DNA of 43,534 nucleotides from Candidatus Altiarchaeota archaeon. Its GTDB lineage: Archaea > Altiarchaeota > Altiarchaeia > IMC4 > SCGC-AAA252-I15. Shown one piece after another: positions 39,641 to 43,534 of the stretch. The notes beneath the pieces were generated by a model. The model was not told the DNA's origin, did no database searches, and saw nothing but the letters and a program-made list of their open reading frames with translations. The translations under genes and the position numbers were made by a program. Position 1 is the stretch's first letter; each line of letters starts with the position of its first letter. The DNA lies in NCBI GenBank assembly GCA_043813075.1, contig JBDRLL010000040.1, positions 1 through 43,534 of the forward strand, read 5' to 3'.

Positions 39641-40567
39641 TTACCACTCAGCATAAACGCATTTACTAGAAACGCATTTTGCTTCAGGAGCTGGAGAGCA
39701 ATCGTTAATAATGTTGCTGCACTTCTGTTTGTACGCATCCATCTTAGCGTAGAACTGCTCCTTATCCACCTCCCTGCTGATGAAATGGTAGCAGCCAAAA
39801 TCCACGTACCAGCCGCCCAGCATAATCACACCGCAGTCTGAATCAACTTGACAATAGTTTGCATTATCTAAATCACCTTCAATCTCCCCATGTAATTCCT
39901 CGCAATCAAAATCACCGGACGGCTGATTAATCACTGGGGGTATCACAAGTATTGATGCGGGTGGTATAGTCCCGTCTCCAGCGAACGAGTTTTTTAGTAT
40001 ATAATCGTCTGGGAGCATTTCCGCCTTATCCTCATCGAACCAGAAGCACTTCTTCTGCCTACTGTATACTGGGCTGTTGATGTTGCAGCAGACGTTGCAG
40101 CAGATGTATGAATGACCTGGGACGTCTGTGACATAGAATTTCCTGAACTCGTCGTATCCATCACTTACAGAGCCGTTGAAGAATCCGGTCACAGCGAATG
40201 GTTTGGCGCCGTAATATGTCAATTGACTGGTTCCTCTTGGCAGGCAATCATCCTGTTCTATGTCCCACAGGATTATGTTGTTGTTTGCGAACGTGCAGTA
40301 ATTAAACTCTGATTTCATCATCACAACAGTCCTATCCCCCTCTCCAGAGTAGATTGTCGTGGTGTTAAACGTTGTTTTCACCGGATAATCGTCGCTTGAC
40401 TCGCAGTTGAAGACATAGAGTCCATGGTAGTCCATGACCCTGGGGATTGTGGTTGTGGGCGTGTGCACGGACGTTTCCATCGTAGTCACGCCCGCTTGAT
40501 TAACGTTTGTCCCAACACACCCGCAGAATAACGCTAGAATAACCAGGCAGCGAAACACACATCCCAT
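39641..40567 (-). CDS. Putative lipoprotein with a Cys-rich C-terminal domain
   Basis: Lipobox-like LALFCGC, Thr-rich linker, C-terminal NYCQVDSDC...FGC...C...C...C...C. Confidence 0.7.
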   Translation of the reverse strand: MGCVFRCLVILALFCGCVGTNVNQAGVTTMETSVHTPTTTIPRVMDYHGLYVFNCESSDDYPVKTTFNTTTIYSGEGDRTVVMMKSEFNYCTFANNNIILWDIEQDDCLPRGTSQLTYYGAKPFAVTGFFNGSVSDGYDEFRKFYVTDVPGHSYICCNVCCNINSPVYSRQKKCFWFDEDKAEMLPDDYILKNSFAGDGTIPPASILVIPPVINQPSGDFDCEELHGEIEGDLDNANYCQVDSDCGVIMLGGWYVDFGCYHFISREVDKEQFYAKMDAYKQKCSNIINDCSPAPEAKCVSSKCVYAEW

Positions 40568-40676
40568 AATACAGATTTACTAGACAATAATATAAACTCA
40601 GGGTCCGGACTCAACAGAATCATGCAAAACACAGATTCCTTAACCAATTTTAAACATAAACTGGATTATAATACAT

Positions 40677-41789
40677 ATGCCACGGTTACTCAACACTCCC
40701 GGCGGCCCGAAACCATTGAGGTACGACAAGCAGGGTCATGAACTAGCGGGACTGGATGACGCGTTATCCCGGCTTGAGGCGGATTTGAACCTGAAAACCC
40801 CCGAAGTCAAGAAACAGGTGTTGCATGCCGCACTCAAGCATGTTTCCATATCAGACCTCATGGAAACGTCAAAAGCCTTAAGGGCACGCGATGAGACGAA
40901 GCACGTGGGCTTGAGCCTGGAAGCCTATATGGTAGCCCACAGGATGGGCGACCTCGGCGAGTCAGACCACAAGGCCATGAGGGGGAGGGTGATGGTCGAA
41001 GCAGGGAAAGACGCGAGAGTGAGAGACTACTCGACAACACTACAGCAACACATCAAATGGACGGATCATTCTGAACCTGAGTCACTGCGTAGGCCGCCGC
41101 CCCCGCCAGGGAAAGTGCGTTCTAGCGCTCCAACCGCCGAGCCTGAATCACGGCGAACGCCTCCTCCTCCGCCTGGGAAAGTGCGTTCTGACACTCCGAG
41201 GCCGGTAACACCTTCACCTGAAGCAAGGGCAGCGGAGCCATCAGCTGCTGGTGCGGGCCCGCGGTCAAGGCCTCCCCCACCACCTAGTGTGCGTTCCGAA
41301 TCACCAAGGCCCGCAGCCCCGCTGCAGGAATCAAGGCCCACTGCTCCGGCAACGGCTGGGTTGGGACGGCAGTCGTCAAGGCCTGCAGCGCCTGGGAGGA
41401 TACGCTCCGACATCCAACGCCCGGAATTAGAGTACCATGACGAACCTGTTGCATTTAAGGCCAAGCCTCCGAAGGGTGATGATAACGCTAGCCGGGCGCT
41501 CAGACAGTGCATGAGCACTTCAGAGAAGCCTGATCATCTTAGCTCCGGGTATCAGCTGCATGTGGGTGGCGAGGACATTACCGTGAAGTTCGAGGGGAAG
41601 GCCGGGTTATTGGGCGGTAAATCCTACTCCCTTCAAGTCCAGAATCCTGGTGGCGGCGTCCAATACATCGGGTCAGACAAGGATGCGTTAACCTACATGG
41701 GATTCCTCTTCCAGAAGGAGGATGTATTGCTTGGGATAGAACACGAGCGAAGAGCGGCAGTACTAAGTGAAGGGAGAAGAAGAGGATAA
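40677..41789 (+). CDS. Hypothetical protein with central polyproline repeats
   Basis: 370-aa ORF after an AT-rich promoter-like region. Repeats EPESLRRPPPPPGKVRS / EPESRRTPPPPPGKVRS / RSRPPPPPSVRS / RPAAPGRIRS. No signal peptide. Confidence 0.7.
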   Translation: MPRLLNTPGGPKPLRYDKQGHELAGLDDALSRLEADLNLKTPEVKKQVLHAALKHVSISDLMETSKALRARDETKHVGLSLEAYMVAHRMGDLGESDHKAMRGRVMVEAGKDARVRDYSTTLQQHIKWTDHSEPESLRRPPPPPGKVRSSAPTAEPESRRTPPPPPGKVRSDTPRPVTPSPEARAAEPSAAGAGPRSRPPPPPSVRSESPRPAAPLQESRPTAPATAGLGRQSSRPAAPGRIRSDIQRPELEYHDEPVAFKAKPPKGDDNASRALRQCMSTSEKPDHLSSGYQLHVGGEDITVKFEGKAGLLGGKSYSLQVQNPGGGVQYIGSDKDALTYMGFLFQKEDVLLGIEHERRAAVLSEGRRRG

Positions 41790-41833
41790 AATCGCGGTTA
41801 TTGATGCTCTATCTGTTGTGTGGCGGCAGAGTC

Positions 41834-42625
41834 CTACCTCTTTTTCTCCAGTATCACTGCGTTGGCTCTGAATCCGTGGCTCAGCCCAAGCGGGAATGCC
41901 GTGTCGAATCCTGGGAAGTCTTCAGTGCACCAGTACTTTACTTTCGCGATTGAGTCGGCGTCTTCCCTGCTTAAAGCGACCACGGATTCGAAGGGGGTGA
42001 TGAGGGCGAATGATCCTGGCCTATCATTCAAGGAGTCGACGATGGCCTTGCTCATCTTCAGTCCCGGCTTCCATCTTGCCGTAGCCATCATGTCCATGCC
42101 TCCCGGGGATATCGTTGCGTTGCTGAGGATGATGTCGAAGCCCTTCTGCCTCCTTACTCCCTCGAATTCCGGTCTTTCGGCGAGCAGTTTGTCTAACTCC
42201 TCGATGTTTCCCTGAACGTATGTGACTGACGTGATGCCGGGATTCTTTTTGTTCGAGTCGACTGCGTATGCTCTGACGCCTTCTCCTGCGAGTCGTCTGA
42301 CGTATATCATCAGGTTACAGTCAGGCCCGGATCCGGCATCGCAGATGCTTCTCACATCATTCACTTCAAAAAGCTTCCCGCACCTCTCCTCGAATGGGAG
42401 GCCATCATCTTTGGGACTCCAGTTGCCTCTCTCCAAGGCCATGTGCTTCAGGTAGGCGAGCAGTTTTACGACGTGTCGTCTGCCGTTATACGTGAATTTG
42501 GGGATATGTTCCGCGAACCCGTCTTCGGGAAGCACAATGTCTTCAGGCGTAAGCCTGGGGGGCAATCCATGAATCCTTTTCCCCAAATCTTCGTTAAAAC
42601 CTCCGGAAGAACCATGCAACTGCAT
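41834..42625 (-). CDS. Hypothetical protein with a class I SAM-methyltransferase-like fold
   Basis: ICDAGSGP (motif I), AYAVD, VQGNIEE, FDIILSNA. ATG 42625 preferred over 42679. Confidence 0.6.
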   Translation of the reverse strand: MQLHGSSGGFNEDLGKRIHGLPPRLTPEDIVLPEDGFAEHIPKFTYNGRRHVVKLLAYLKHMALERGNWSPKDDGLPFEERCGKLFEVNDVRSICDAGSGPDCNLMIYVRRLAGEGVRAYAVDSNKKNPGITSVTYVQGNIEELDKLLAERPEFEGVRRQKGFDIILSNATISPGGMDMMATARWKPGLKMSKAIVDSLNDRPGSFALITPFESVVALSREDADSIAKVKYWCTEDFPGFDTAFPLGLSHGFRANAVILEKKR

Positions 42626-42714
42626 GGTAATATCTGGGAAAAAATAGGATAATAAGCAGACTATCGGAAAACCTGCCAAAAAACCCTACCTCCTCTAACA
42701 CCAGGGGGGATTCA

Positions 42715-42740
42715 TTTATAAATATTATAATCATTATAAT
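42715..42740 (+). promoter_or_regulatory. TATA box with tandem palindromic operator of the toxin-antitoxin operon
   Basis: TTTATAAA (42715-22), then ATTATAAT twice (42724-31, 42733-40). Confidence 0.55.
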
Positions 42741-42752
42741 TACGGTGGTATT

Positions 42753-42944
42753 ATGTCTGACTACGCTATGATACCCGTCCACAAGGGTACGAGGGAATTG
42801 TTGAAGCAGTTTGGCATGAAAGGCGAGACTTATGATAAGCTAATTCGGAAGCTTCTAGCTGTCGCAGACCATGCGCAGATCATGGAGACTCATTATCAAA
42901 GGCTTAAGGAAAAAGATGAATTTGTCCCTCTTAGTGACTTGTAG
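42753..42944 (+). CDS. Antitoxin (archaeal RHH/RelB-like)
   Basis: IPVHKGTRELLKQFGMKGETYDKLIRKL RHH-like N-terminus and EFVPLSDL tail; directly upstream of the toxin. Confidence 0.8.
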   Translation: MSDYAMIPVHKGTRELLKQFGMKGETYDKLIRKLLAVADHAQIMETHYQRLKEKDEFVPLSDL

Positions 42945-43223
42945 ATGACATACCAAGTACTTATCCACCGAAAAGCCCAGGATTTCTTTAAACGATTACC
43001 CGATAACACAAGGAAAAACATAAAAAAAGCGTTAGAAGAGTTAGAAACAGACCCATTAACCCCCAGACCTAAAGCCGACATCAAAAAACTATCTGGTACT
43101 AGAGGAAGAAAACACGCCCATCGAATCAGGGCAGGGAACTACAGGATAGTCTACTCAATTGAAGGCAAAAAAGTATACGTGACCCTAATCTTCCACCGAG
43201 GCAAAGACTATCAAGAGCTATGA
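42945..43223 (+). CDS. relE: RelE/ParE-family toxin (mRNA interferase)
   Basis: YQVLIHRKAQDFFKRL...DIKKLSG...HRIRAGNYRIVYSI...VTLIFHRGKDY. Confidence 0.9.
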   Translation: MTYQVLIHRKAQDFFKRLPDNTRKNIKKALEELETDPLTPRPKADIKKLSGTRGRKHAHRIRAGNYRIVYSIEGKKVYVTLIFHRGKDYQEL

Positions 43224-43284
43224 CTCCAGTGCAATAATAAGGACAATTCTTATACTATAACAAATATAATTATATTGTACACAA

Positions 43285-43534
43285 TTATTCCATGTATTCG
43301 TTCAGGTATTTTAGCCAGCCATCACTCTTTATGTTCAGCACGTCTTGGCCTGCTACGACTTCCACGTCTTCGAGTTCTCTTAGCGTCTTCCCGAATCCTC
43401 TTCTGGCCTTCACCAGCTCGTCCAGCAGCACGTTCGCGTCCGTGTATCTTCTGGCGGTGTCCACAACCCACCTATCATCCTTCACGTACGGCTCCTGGTC
43501 CTGGTGCTTGTCCTTGAAGCGTTCGATGTGCCTG
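43285..43534 (-). CDS. cca: 3' end of the archaeal CCA-adding tRNA nucleotidyltransferase (partial, runs off the right edge)
   Basis: Frame is open to the edge: RHIERFKDKH...PYVKDDRWVVDTARRYTDANVLL...GFGKTL...WLKYLNEYME, resembling the class I CCA tail domain. Confidence 0.7.
   Translation of the reverse strand, partial: RHIERFKDKHQDQEPYVKDDRWVVDTARRYTDANVLLDELVKARRGFGKTLRELEDVEVVAGQDVLNIKSDGWLKYLNEYME

Noticed and set aside
40600-43284. Integrated mobile element at the right end
   Set aside because: There is no integrase, transposase, tRNA or att-like direct repeat. A toxin-antitoxin pair and orphans alone are insufficient.

Overview
This is an archaeal chromosomal window, as shown by the archaeal RNA polymerase and ribosomal protein families, split RpoB''/RpoB' and RpoA'/RpoA'', and a class I CCA enzyme. 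My inference is an Altiarchaeota/DPANN-like or euryarchaeal lineage, which I could not verify. It falls into five blocks. (i) 1-13.6 kb: cell-surface block with an output-less GAF-PAS sensor, a 1193-aa PQQ-propeller/CARDB/FG-GAP protein, a ~2500-aa Ca-binding Cys/Asp-rich adhesin-like protein and a secreted helical protein. (ii) 13.6-15.9 kb: an ACT regulator divergent from ADH synthase (aroA'), plus a 4xCBS protein. (iii) 16-31.4 kb: rpoH-B''-B'-A'-A''-L30e-nusA, an inserted FkbM methyltransferase, then rps12 joined directly to S8-L6-L32e-L19e-L18-S5-L30-L15-secY, with no S7/EF-2 and no S10-proximal spc genes between. (iv) 31.5-38.4 kb: a PQQ sugar dehydrogenase, then a candidate envelope module (secreted helical-repeat protein, unannotated 35-aa membrane peptide, SHOCT protein, membrane-tethered wHTH regulator, COG1361 S-layer-domain protein, MacB/LolCDE-type ABC transporter, basic secreted repeat protein). 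Two promoters in this module carry the same 50-bp four-box GTTTCA operator with identical spacing, which is the most interesting signal in the window. (v) 38.4-43.5 kb: MFS transporter, lipoprotein, two orphans, a RelBE-type toxin-antitoxin pair and the 3' end of cca. I saw no rRNA, tRNA, CRISPR array, integrase or transposase. All family calls come from motif recognition, not database searches.
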